Positions 55,101 to 64,000 of a stretch of DNA of 64,000 bases are shown piece after piece. Source of the stretch: Tubiluchus corallicola (Eukaryota; Animalia; Priapulida). Made by a program: the position numbers and the translations under genes. Positions within the stretch are counted from its first letter, which is position 1, and each line of letters begins with the position of its first letter. The stretch spans positions 62,001-126,000 of the forward strand of contig JAQGDQ010000156.1 of the NCBI GenBank assembly GCA_030141605.1. The letters run 5' to 3'. The notes under the pieces were generated by a model that was not told the origin of the DNA, ran no database searches, and was given only the letters and a program-made list of their open reading frames with translations.

Positions 55101-58100
55101 ATGATCTTCCCGTTGAAAAATGGCGCGAAGTCATTCGACAGGGATACTTCCGGCAATACGAAGGTGTGGTTCTTGCAGTATTTTTTGTCATGGTGATTGT
55201 TTATTGATGTAGTCAGTCTAAACTTCCTTGTCTAAGCTTGATAGTGCACATAGATTTCGTTCTAATGATTCACTTATGGTTAACTTAATGTTGTTAGTTG
55301 ATACGTTTGACTGTGTTTTCGTTGGACAATTTGGCAACTCTGCTGCTTATTTCACTTAAGATTTTTAAAATTCAGTTATGAAATCTTATTAAGCGTACTT
55401 ATTTCTTTTCAGACGGAATACCACCTGTTAGCAAAGGTTGTTTTGTAGACAGACCTCGTTTACGGGATTTATCCGTGCGATTACAGCTTCGACCAGCCAC
55501 CGCTAGTGAATGCGTTCAGCTGTGCAGTCATTATAACTACACGTATGCTGGCATACAGAATGGCGGAGAATGCAGATGTGGGGACACGTTCGGTAGATAT
55601 GGACCGTCTAATGTCTGCAATTTGCCATGTGTTGTTGACAATGCCGTAACGTGTGGTGGAATAGATGCTAATGAAGTGTTTTTTACCGGCAGTAAGTTTA
55701 CATCGTATTTTGTAAACTAAACAGTTTTGTAAGTGACCAGGTGTCAGCGGGCAAACTATGATAAATGAAATTCATAAATCATGAGTGTTGTTAAAAAGAT
55801 TAGTAATGCAGTTAAATACGGAAAGAATTTTTACAAGCTTTGGAACAATTTGTAAACAAATTTCACGATAGTGAAATGAAAAACATTTGTTTAATGCAGG
55901 ATTATTTTTGTTACCGATGATAATTAATTCAGTGTTTGTTTGTTTGTTTTTGCAAGATATCAACAAGTTAGATGTTGACATTGGAAATCCACATTTGTTT
56001 ACGTCACGATATGGGTAAGCAAATAATGTGTTGTTAATATTTTAAGTGATTATATTTTTAATATAATCGGTCATTTAAAAACTCAAAAACATTCCTGTCC
56101 TATTTAAATGTACGTAAAAAATGTCTGCAATTGACTGTACTTAAAATAAGGCAATTGTGTGTGTTGAAAGAGCTTTTATTACTTTTAGGTCATCTTTACT
56201 TCACTTTGGCACTACAATATATGTAGAAACAGTCATGTTAAGTACCGTTTTGTTTGGAAGCAAATATGTTTACCATGTGCTGCTAGCTAGCGGTTTTGCT
56301 TTTTGAATTTGTCACCTGCTCGTCTGCTGCAATTAATCTCATTGCCCAAGAGCTTACGGAAGCTACAAACACATGCTTAGTGGTTTCCTTTTGAATCTCT
56401 TCCTACTTTTCACAGAACGTTTAATCAGTTAACTGCTGTTGTTGTGCCATCGATGAAGCGGCAGTAATCTGCTAGTATTCTTTGTAACTTTTCAAGTATA
56501 AATATCATGGAGATACTAAGAGCACCGAGTTAATTTTGGCAAATAGAGCATAAGCATAAAAACCTAACATAACCTGTCACAGTGCATACTAAGCTAAAGA
56601 ATGATGACTACTGCTTCCATACTAGTGTTACTACATTCGTCAATTAATAGATCCATTTAATTAATTGGGTCACAACTCTCTATCCCAAAGTGAGTTTATT
56701 AAGCAATGGCTACTGTTTGGTAGCTATTTTTTACTACTAAGCTATTTTTGGAACTATAGTTGTTGTGTTACACTAATCACACTTAACTCTATAACGATAA
56801 TAGAAAATTAAATCAAAAATTAAGAAATGTATTATTTGTCGTCAAACTAGCCTCATGGACTTATATATGTATTTGCAGAACTCAAGTAACTCTTCTCTTC
56901 TTCAAAGTGTCGGTTGGTCAGGAAATTTTGCAGTCTGGTGTGGCGCCGCCTACTGGCCAACTGTTTGCAGAAGAAATTCTCGGGCAAAGCGAAAATTACA
57001 AGATTGTACCGGAAGAAAAAGGCGCATTGTTTGATCGAGAAAGGGCTTTCAGTTACTACGTTTATGGTGATTTAGACAGATTTGATGCGCACACTCTGGG
57101 TCGAAATATACAAACGACCATTCAGAGAGGTCTGGGCACGGACACGTCGGTGTTGGTACAGTCACAGGAGCCGTACTTTCTTCCCGACACTCGGCAGACG
57201 GTGACAAAGTTGTCTTTCCTTATCACTGTAAATGGTCATTTGTTGGACGGTCGCTTTCCACACGACGATGTCACTGATTTGATTACAACGACAATTAATT
57301 TATCGCCCTACCGACTGTGCGACTGCAGTCCGGTGAAAGTGCGGACACTTCGGTTACATGGTGATTATGATCCAGCACTTGACCCGGCTTTACGTACGGC
57401 TATTGTAGAGGCATGGAGAGGCGCAAATCCAGGTACAGAACATACTTGAATTAGCATTCATTTTTTCCACACGCGTTTTTTATTGTCGTTTCGTTTCTAA
57501 TAGAGAATTAAAAAGTATGAGAGTAATTTTTATCCATATAATCATTTTGCTATATTTACTGCATGAGAATGTTAAATCTGTTGTATATGTCTTGCATTTT
57601 TTTTATTTTGCCGAATAGGTCTGGATCTCAATTACCAAGTTGCATTTTCTGGCTATGATTCGGCAAATATTGTGAATAGTGTAGGCTTACCATTAACTAC
57701 AGTCAGCTACCACATCTCAGTTGATGATCAAGAACCAGAGGTACACGGAGCTAGTGTGCCATCAGCAATAATCCTTGATGGTGAGGCTTATTAAATCATT
57801 TGCTATAGCAGGGTGGATATATGCCCTAAATGTGAACAATTATGCATTTTGTGCCTAGTTTTTGCAGTTTGGCATGTAGTTAGACATGAACATAAGGATT
57901 TTAACCAAACGGTTAGGTCTAGTGGTAACGCGTTCGATACAATGGCCGAGTCATACCAAAGACTTTAAAATTGGTACCTGCTGTTGCCCTGCTTGGTGTG
58001 CTGTATTTAGGATAAAAGTGGGATAATAATAGTCTCTGTCACATAGTTGTAGGTTGTTGTTTATAGTCGGCCCAAAAGCTCTTCGCAGCTTATGTTAACT

Positions 58101-61100
58101 GTTGGTCCAAAAAGTCGACTTTAAATAAAGATTAATATTATTATACTAAAAACCATCACAAGCAATATCGACAGAACGTCATTGTATTTGATATGGTACA
58201 GCAATATATTGGTTCATCTAACCGTTTTAATTATCTTAATTAATAACTGGAATAGTTATGTATATTTTGTAATAGATTTGCTTCTCCTGTTGAACTGCAC
58301 TCCTGTGAATTTTGCAGCCAGAGGCAACTTGATCAGCATTTATTTGCTGTTTGCCAAAAGGCAATTATTTCAAATAAATATTTATAAAAGATATCGTCAG
58401 AAATAACTTTACCTCGTTAGACAAAAAACTCACGTGTTTATAACAAATGATATGAAACTGAATTAACTACTGCAATACTTTCAATATACCGATACCACCA
58501 GTAAAGCTGCATTAGCACTAATATGACTAATCTAGTCTCACATATGACTTTGAAAATAGCCTTTAAGAGAAAATGTCCTTAAAAACATGAGCAACTAACC
58601 TTATTCATCAGTTTATCGTGTATATATGTTACGACATTAATGTTATTACTTCACATTACTGTCGTTCTAACTTTTGTGTATAGAAGACCGACCACAGGTT
58701 GCTTGCTATGGTTTCTGAAAATGATGAACCCATTCCTACTTACCTGCCAAATTACAAAAACTAGGCACCAAGTGCATAACTCTTATGAATTTCCTCTCCG
58801 CTACTAGATGTTGTACATCTGGTCAACTCTATGGTTATTATGGATAAATATCTTTCAAACCTTAATAGTTGTAAATTGAAAATTAATAGCTCAAGAATTT
58901 ATAGCATTGATTTGGATCTGAATGAAGAAGTCGGGATTTTGCTTTCCAGATGAAATTCAAGCAACTATGCAAGCAAACATATATAATCTTGTTTAAAAAT
59001 ATTAAGTATTTAATGGCTTTTATTTTTAATGTTAACGTTATTTCAATGTAACTGTTAGTGCTATTAAGTATAGATTGTTATAGCTGGTTTGTGTAGTTAT
59101 CTATTATTCTGTAAACTTTTAACCTTTACTTGTTTTTTTATAATTTCACATTTTTCTTACTTACGATATTTATTTTAACAACATTGATTTTGTCTACTTT
59201 TTGTCTTCTAGCTGCACTTCGCAATGCTGGTTTACCTGTCTGCACTGACCCCTGCTATTCTACAAAACTGTACAATGTAACTGTTCCTGGTACTGCATCG
59301 CCCAGCACTGTAAACAATATCGTCTACTACATACAGCAAGCTTGGCAGCAACCGGAAATACCAGTAGATGTTAATGTGATCGCACAAGATCTGGGTTTCA
59401 CCGATATAGGGTATGTCTGTTATTTCTGTTGTCATTTATCTTAAAGCATGGCAGGATGATTTTTCATATACTACCTCATTTTCAAGTCCGATAAAAAGTA
59501 TACATTTTAACACAATTAATACTGCAAAAGCTTTTCTGATAATTAAATGATAGATTAAAATCTCATTTAACTGCAGATGAGCCCGACTATCGATGATATC
59601 ACAAACTAACATAATTTTCTACAGCAAAAATATTCCACGAGCGTGTTTGCGAAGGCAAAGATTAAAGTACAGTGCTACTGTAAGATATTCAGTGTGTTGT
59701 ACTAAAACTAGGCAAGTTTTAAGATAAAAATTCAAATTTCAATTTTACTGCTGTGCTCACGCATGAGCTGTTGAATGTGTGTACTTCATCAGAAACTAAC
59801 ACATCTGAAATGAGAGGTACAGCGCCTGTTTTTTGTACAACGCCTTTCCGAAGTGCAGGCGCTGGTGCCCGTCTAACTAGCGAATAGCAAAATGCATGTA
59901 ACAGCGAAGAACTAGTGGTGCGGATGCGAAATTGTGTTTGTGAGGTAATAATTCTTTCTCGTAAGTCATTTTTGGAAAAAACTGTATGTTTCTTTCCAAT
60001 ATTTTAAAGAGTTGATTGTTTTGACCTACAGCTTAAGATTGGGCCCGGTTTTGCTTTTTAAAAAAAAAATTATGTTTGGTAGTGTCCAATTTTTGCATCT
60101 TAAGGCTTACCAGTTAATTTTCTTTTTTAGACAAAAAGTTATAGTCATCCGATATGCGGTAGTAGCCGGTGGTGTTGACAGCGGTAATGCTGAACTGCTT
60201 GTCCCTCCCTCTGACGGGCAAATCTCTGAGGCTATCCGAAGTGGAACTGGTGTTGTTCCCATATGTGTAGGACACACAGCCGGACAGTCGTGTTCTGGTG
60301 GACGATACTACACTTTCTATTTGGAAAAACCGAGTTTGAGCGAAACCGATATTCGAAGATTGTTGAGAACTCTTTATCTGAATCAATTTCCACAGCTTCG
60401 GTTCAGAAATGTGCAGGTCGTGACGAGCACAGATGACGGACACACGACAAGCGAAGGAGTTCCAGCAACAAGAGTGGTCTATACCATCCTGGTCGACGGC
60501 CGGTCATTCCAGCCACGCAGACCAATACCCAGCAATGCTCTGAAATCAGCATTTGAGAGAGAGGGTGGCAAGTTGAAGTATGAATCCGATGGCGTTTATG
60601 GAAATCATGAACAGTTTGTTGTTTACTTTAATGGATCGGTTAACTCTGGTAATGCGAACCAAGTCCTTAAGGGTATCTGGAATCATGTGTTTAGTAACTC
60701 TACTGTTGATGTGTATGTTCGCCAAGCAGACGAGGAAACTACACCCGAAGGGTAATGTATCAACTTAATGTTTACACTTAATGTTTATAAGCTTTAAACT
60801 GACCAACTGTCAATATTCTCACACCATACAGTAATATTATGTCTCATACGTTATCGTTACCATAAAAGAATTAATTGTGCTGCAGTGGCCTAGAGAAGGA
60901 AAGCCCACTGTCATGTGAACCACAAAGTATTTTCTGTCCTGTGTGATCTAACCTTTCTCCCTGTTTTTTTTTTGTTCACTCATTAATTCATTTTCTGTCT
61001 AGTTCACATGACAGTGGGCTTATGCAAGCCTTTGCTTATCTAGCCCACTGCAGTATAATTATTCTTTTATGATAACGATAGTGTGTGAAATATAATAATT

Positions 61101-63996
61101 TATTACAGTATTGTGTTACAATTTTGATATCACCATGTACTGACTGTTACTATATTGCACTGAATGTGATAATAATAAAAACTTCAAAAAAACTTCAAGA
61201 ACATAAAGAAAGATTAGAACACACAGGAAAGAAAGAAGGATGTGTTATTGGAAGTGGTGGGAAGAAAGACAATAAATCATGTGATATTTACATTGACTCT
61301 AAAAATTAATCAATGATTTCTTTTATGTATAATCTGTACTGGGGCTGTGGTATGGCTGCTGCAATAAGTATAGGGTATTAAAAATATTATATTTATTGAA
61401 AGCCATTACTTTATATGTTTTTTTTTGTATTGGCTAAATTGTTTTTAGTTAATCATTTATGCCATTCCAAAGCGCAGGACCGACGATTGCAATGAATTGC
61501 CATGCCACGTCTGTTCTACAGAAATTAATCACAAACTCATTCATTCTGATTGCGTAATGTCAATTACTAGGTTGAGCTGGGTTATCAAAGAATGTTTGAA
61601 AGAGTTAATATTTAGTTTCATACATGTATATAGCAGTGTTCATTAGTTTTTAATCATTAAAATGTTGTTAGTTAACTTTATTAATGCTTGCTGTACGGGT
61701 TTGGTGTCACATCTGATGAAAGTTATTTAATTTTTTAATTGATTTGCTTTGTTATCTTTTATTTACCACTTTTAGGACATGGGTATTTGACATATTAATA
61801 CTAATTTATCATACATTTTAATTGCATTTGTAAACTGGGAAATGAAGTTTTCTTGGTTTGCTTTACTGTGACTTGATAACGATGAAATTTAGACTAAAAT
61901 TTTCAATTTCAGATTTGTGATTACGAAAGTTGTGTACTTTGTTATTGTCAACGATCACGTGCTCAATCCTGACTTGACGGAGAGAAACGTAGCCGATTTT
62001 ATTGAGAGACAAGTAAAGAGTGAATCAACTGTTACTGCCGTTAGGGAAGTTGTCGTTAATGTTCCCGCAGAAGAAGTCGTAAACAAGACTGTCTTTGTGA
62101 CGGTGGTGCGCAATGCCTGGGAACTGGCTAATCCCGGTATTTACTAATCATCTTAGAAAACATTAATTCTAAAATTACATTTTTCTAGTAAATTTTAAGG
62201 GAATATAGAAAATTTCTCTTTATTTAAGTTACCTTTACAACATGGGCGACTTTGTTTAGTAGAATAGTGCAATTGTTTTTGTGCATTAGCGAATGTGGAG
62301 ATTTTTATACTTCACATTAATTGTCCTAGGATCCGAAGCCTCAGTCAACGTTACATCTGAACAGATTGGTGTATCCGACACGGGCAGTCCTGTTGTCATT
62401 ATCCGCTATGTAGTGCTTCTCGATAGACAAGGTCATATACAGGAATCAGCACCTCCTAGTAGACAGTTATTGGCTTCATTGCTCACCAATAATCTGGGTT
62501 TGACACTGTGTGATGACTGCGATGTCTCGACGGTAATTCGTCAGATGATTTTATTTATTAGGTTATGCTACATAGTAAAATAATATAGAATTGAAAGCAT
62601 GATTTTACGTGTTGGCAACATGTTGTCCATATTCATGATTCAAAGTGAAATCATTGTAATTGCCCGTGTACACTATAATATCTTATACATTATTATACAC
62701 ATTATTATGTATACATGGCCGATTTCCATAACAAAGTACATTGTTTCGATACTCAAGTTTAGTATGCCATTTAAATACCTTTGGCTTTCACAAGTTCACT
62801 CATGCACAAGTTTAGTTTACACATAGTTCTATTGTAATATGATAGCGATTACAATATGGCTTGAACAAGACAGTTTTACGATTGACAGACGTTTTCCCAA
62901 TGGCACATACCTTTTAGAAATCTGCAGACAATAAACGAACAGTAGACGCATTACAGTATGACTACTAGCAGTATAGATACATACGTAGCATTAATGTTCA
63001 GAATAAGAATAATATTACTATGTAAACTAATACAATAGTTAAAAGTGTTTAATAAGAAATGCAAATTTCTGTACAAGCTTAAATACTTGAATATTAACAG
63101 TTACATGCAGATGATGATTGCCATGAAGAAGCAGATAAACGAGTTCATTTGTTGACAGATTTTGAATTCTAATATTATGAGGAGTCAACAAAGTACTAAG
63201 TTTGTTTAGTAAGATATCTTGAGCCTGGTGATATAAAGAGCAACTAATGCAAAAGTTCAAGTGAAAATTAGGTCAGTTTTTATCACTCCTTATTCTTAAC
63301 GTTAAAATGTTCTGCGGTCGACAACAATAGAGATGACTGAGTAAATGAGAAGATTATTTTATGGCATTACTATAAAACCTTGAAAATTTTGTTTCTCTTT
63401 TTCAGGTTAACACGTTGTTTATTGGTTCTCCCACGTCTCAGATCAGCTTCAATGATTTGAGGAGTGCACTGAGCCAACTCTGGCAGGCTAACAATCGTCA
63501 GCGTCTTTCAGACGGTAACTGGCAACTACTGCTGACAAATTGGACGACCGGTTATCTTTCCAAGACATTTCAACCGGCCGTTCGTGTTTCATATACGCTC
63601 AGCCTTCCACCGAATGTACCTGAAGACAGTCTCATCAGACCTTCGGCCGGACAAACAGCAGCTGCTGTTCGCAACTTGGATATGGAGCTTTATCCGGCTG
63701 ATCAAATATATGAGAAGCGATATCAGTTCATGAATGCCATCCCCGGACAAGTGGACATTGTCGCAGCTGCCCAAAAACTAATTCGTGCCTGGGGAAGGGT
63801 TAAGCCTAATCAAGGTGCTCGGGTGTATGTTGTGAATGTTGCTCCAGCACAGCAACCTGATTTAACCATAGCTGATTATTATCTATTTCTGAATGACGAC
63901 GATATTGTGTCGCCCACAGACGTCTCCCCGGCCGAATTTGCAGAAATGTACCGCTATTTGAGAAGTTCGGAAGATATCATTACAATTCCGCATGCG
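19950..63996 (+). CDS. Giant secreted/cell-surface Delta-like (DSL-EGF) protein with T/Y-rich stalk, >=16 uncharacterised ~100-aa repeats and a WSC domain; 3' end outside window
   Basis: 32 phase-consistent exons: 19950-20205, 31152-31347, 31986-33698, 33878-34020, 34394-34467, 35226-35355, 37299-37371, 43635-43760, 44939-45045, 46024-46093, 46254-46360, 46732-46930, 48409-48683, 49494-49545, 49899-50015, 50630-50754, 51736-51802, 51892-52139, 52438-52486, 53068-53168, 54219-54347, 54483-54555, 54913-55163, 55413-55691, 55957-56014, 56879-57432, 57619-57780, 59212-59410, 60131-60751, 61913-62136, 62330-62532, 63406-63996; sum 7572 nt = 2524 codons with no stop. Confidence 0.85.
22060..23715. 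repeat. Dispersed direct duplication (~230 bp at ~22060-22290 and ~23460-23715)
   Basis: Shared blocks GATAGTGGAAAGA, ATTCATTTTGGTGCAGTTGTGG, TAATTATTGCTATCATTATAATAATAA, GAAATGTTGT in the same order. Confidence 0.75.
22428..22578. mobile_element. Short inverted-repeat element (MITE-like)
   Basis: GCGTTTAGACTAGCGAGTTTTCT ... AGAAAACTTGCTGGTCTGAACGC are imperfect reverse complements. Confidence 0.5.
23729..24201. repeat. AT-rich inverted-repeat cluster
   Basis: ~23729-23845 is the imperfect reverse complement of ~23985-24102; partial copies near 23896-23943 and 24138-24180, ending in (TA)n. Confidence 0.75.
24653..24705 (+). pseudogene. Degenerate 5S rRNA-like internal fragment (or SINE head)
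   Basis: CCAAAGTTAAGCAACGCCG..GAATGGATGACCACC resembles the 5S internal control region (GAAGTTAAGCA...GGATGGGTGACCGCC); short and diverged. Confidence 0.3.
25851..26056. mobile_element. Small MITE-like element
   Basis: TIR TTTACGTAGCA / TGCTACGTAAA with internal inverted similarity (GGATGC..ATGCGTTTT / AAAACGCATAGGCATCC). Confidence 0.55.
31152..31347 (+). CDS. Exon 2: EGF-like repeats 1-2
   Basis: TTGTAG|GA CAT; GHRCQNGATC..YYCCCAPGYEGLEC, EIDACASLPCINGGTC..FRCDCPS; donor AA|GTATGT. Confidence 0.92.
31986..33698 (+). CDS. Exon 3: EGF-like repeats 3-6 (plus partial) and Thr/Tyr/Ser/Pro-rich stalk
   Basis: TTCAG| acceptor; four six-cysteine EGF modules (e.g. CVDEPCLNGGTC..FFCHCEYNYKGRTC), then repeats such as RYITSYVTSFINPQAVD and PPRSTRYITSTITLD; donor AG|GTTTGT. 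Confidence 0.92.
32638..32790 (+). repeat. Coding 60-bp (20-aa) tandem repeat, ~2.5 copies
   Basis: VD(P/R)TRYITSYVTSFINPQA repeated in frame with synonymous divergence. Confidence 0.85.
35433..35661. mobile_element. Tc1/mariner-type MITE with TA TSD
   Basis: TA|CAGGGTGTTGCAAAAGAACAG ... CTGTTTCTTCTGCAACAACCTG|TA. Confidence 0.75.
36600..36968 (+). mobile_element. Degenerate LINE 3' remnant (CR1/L2-like)
   Basis: HRYSTCHHLKYPLPVCRTERSKTVLS resembles the H.Y.TR...P..RT C-terminal motif of CR1/L2-group ORF2, followed by an AATAAATAAA tail. Confidence 0.45.
40103..40183. repeat. (AAT)n microsatellite
   Basis: About 25 AAT units with one interruption. Confidence 0.95.
43761..44938 (+). other. 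GC-AG intron
   Basis: Exon 43635-43760 needs a phase-2 donor to join TATAG|A GTG CTA; AG|GCAAGT fits, while the neighbouring GT option leads to in-frame stops. Confidence 0.7.
44596..44636 (+). repeat. Degenerate (TTAGGG)n tract
   Basis: GATTAGGGTTAGGGTTAGAGTTGAGGTTGAGGTTAGGGTTA. Confidence 0.7.
45093..45292. repeat. 34-bp minisatellite x~6
   Basis: Unit CGTAGTGAGTAAACCCTGATTTACTTCTCACCTT. Confidence 0.9.
47132..47491. mobile_element. hAT-type MITE, inverted copy of the 1706-2056 family
   Basis: CAGGGCCGGATATGACC..GCTAATGAAATTGTGGG is the reverse complement of ~2005-2056; flanks TCTTTTAA / CCTTTTAT. Confidence 0.68.
48803..49351. mobile_element. Tc1/mariner (pogo-like) MITE with TA TSD
   Basis: TA|CAGTAAATTTCGCGTAACTCGAA ... 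TTTGAGTTACGCGGAGTTTACTG|TA; repeated subterminal TTTGAGTTA motifs. Confidence 0.83.
50180..50460. mobile_element. MITE-like element
   Basis: GGTAGTTGTCGACTTTACAACC / GGTCGTAAGTCGACGACTACC imperfect TIRs. Confidence 0.5.
53556..54106 (-). mobile_element. Non-autonomous bipartite RTE-clade retroelement (5' UTR + ORF C-terminus), 13-bp TSD
   Basis: Minus-strand EMRMLR*MVGITRTDKIRN..IR then RWCGHLKRR..RRRGRPKRRW..NRNAWRRLI (RTE ORF C-terminal motifs, with a stop and a frameshift); (AAG)n tail at ~53560-53575; TSD CCATCTTCCTGTT at 53543-53555 and 54107-54119. Confidence 0.9.
54026..54105 (-). ncRNA. Twister ribozyme core (3' cleavage product; P1 5' strand absent)
   Basis: Minus strand reads AA CCUA GCC [ACUG...CAGU] GC CGG UCCCAAGC CCG GAUAAA UAGG GAGGG: P2 CCUA/UAGG, P3 ACUG/CAGU, P4 CGG/CCG, pseudoknot CCC/GGG; GCCGGUCCCAAGCCCGGAUAAA matches the type-P1 twister core as I recall it. 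Confidence 0.82.
55413..55691 (+). CDS. WSC-domain exon (phase 1-1)
   Basis: KGCFVDRPRLRDL..TASECVQLCSHYNYTYAGIQNGGECRCG..CNLPC....TCGG..ANEVF fits the WSC consensus GC(Y/F).D...T...C...C....YAG......C.CG...C...C....CGG; 279 nt, TTTCAG| and A|GTAAGT. Confidence 0.9.
57905..58125 (+). mobile_element. tRNA-headed SINE remnant
   Basis: A-box-like GGTCTAGTGGTAA and B-box-like GTTCGAT followed by GTCATACCAAAGACTTTAAAATTGGTACCTGCTGTTGCCCTGCTTGG, which resembles a conserved metazoan SINE core; AT-rich tail. Confidence 0.55.
60880..61052. mobile_element. Hairpin/MITE-like inverted repeat
   Basis: GCAGTGGCCTAG..AAGCCCACTGTCATGTGAAC ... GTTCACATGACAGTGGGCTT..CTAGCCCACTGC; AAGCCCACTGTCATGTGAAC has an exact 20-bp reverse complement. 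Confidence 0.7.
63000..63270 (-). mobile_element. LINE 3' remnant (L2/Crack/Daphne-like ORF2 C-terminus)
   Basis: FCISCSLYHQAQDILL...LLLHGN....NIQVFKLVQKF....HF resembles the C..Y...R..L...LL.G....N..I...V..F C-terminal pattern of these LINEs. Confidence 0.55.
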
Positions 63997-64000
63997 GTAA

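Overview
AT-rich animal (invertebrate-like) genomic DNA with spliceosomal introns. Most ORF-track entries are spurious or exon read-throughs. I rebuilt two divergent genes by hand from splice sites and phase continuity. (1) Minus strand 906-11701: a complete 10-coding-exon CCDC83-like coiled-coil gene (~398 aa), in which one exon end plus its 5' splice site is tandemly amplified 8 times. (2) Plus strand 19950 to beyond the window end: 32 in-phase exons (~2,520 codons so far) encoding signal peptide, DSL domain (no C2/MNNL domain), 6 EGF repeats, a Thr/Tyr/Ser/Pro-rich stalk, and at least 16 diverged ~100-aa repeats I cannot assign to a named family, with a WSC-domain exon inserted inside repeat 8 and one GC-AG intron. 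An intron of this gene holds a ~550-bp bipartite RTE-type retroelement with a 13-bp target-site duplication (TSD) whose 5' end is a twister ribozyme core starting at the self-cleavage site. Introns and intergenic DNA also carry hAT- and Tc1/pogo-type MITEs, LINE/SINE remnants, a 26-bp satellite and microsatellites. All family assignments come from motif recognition, not database searches.
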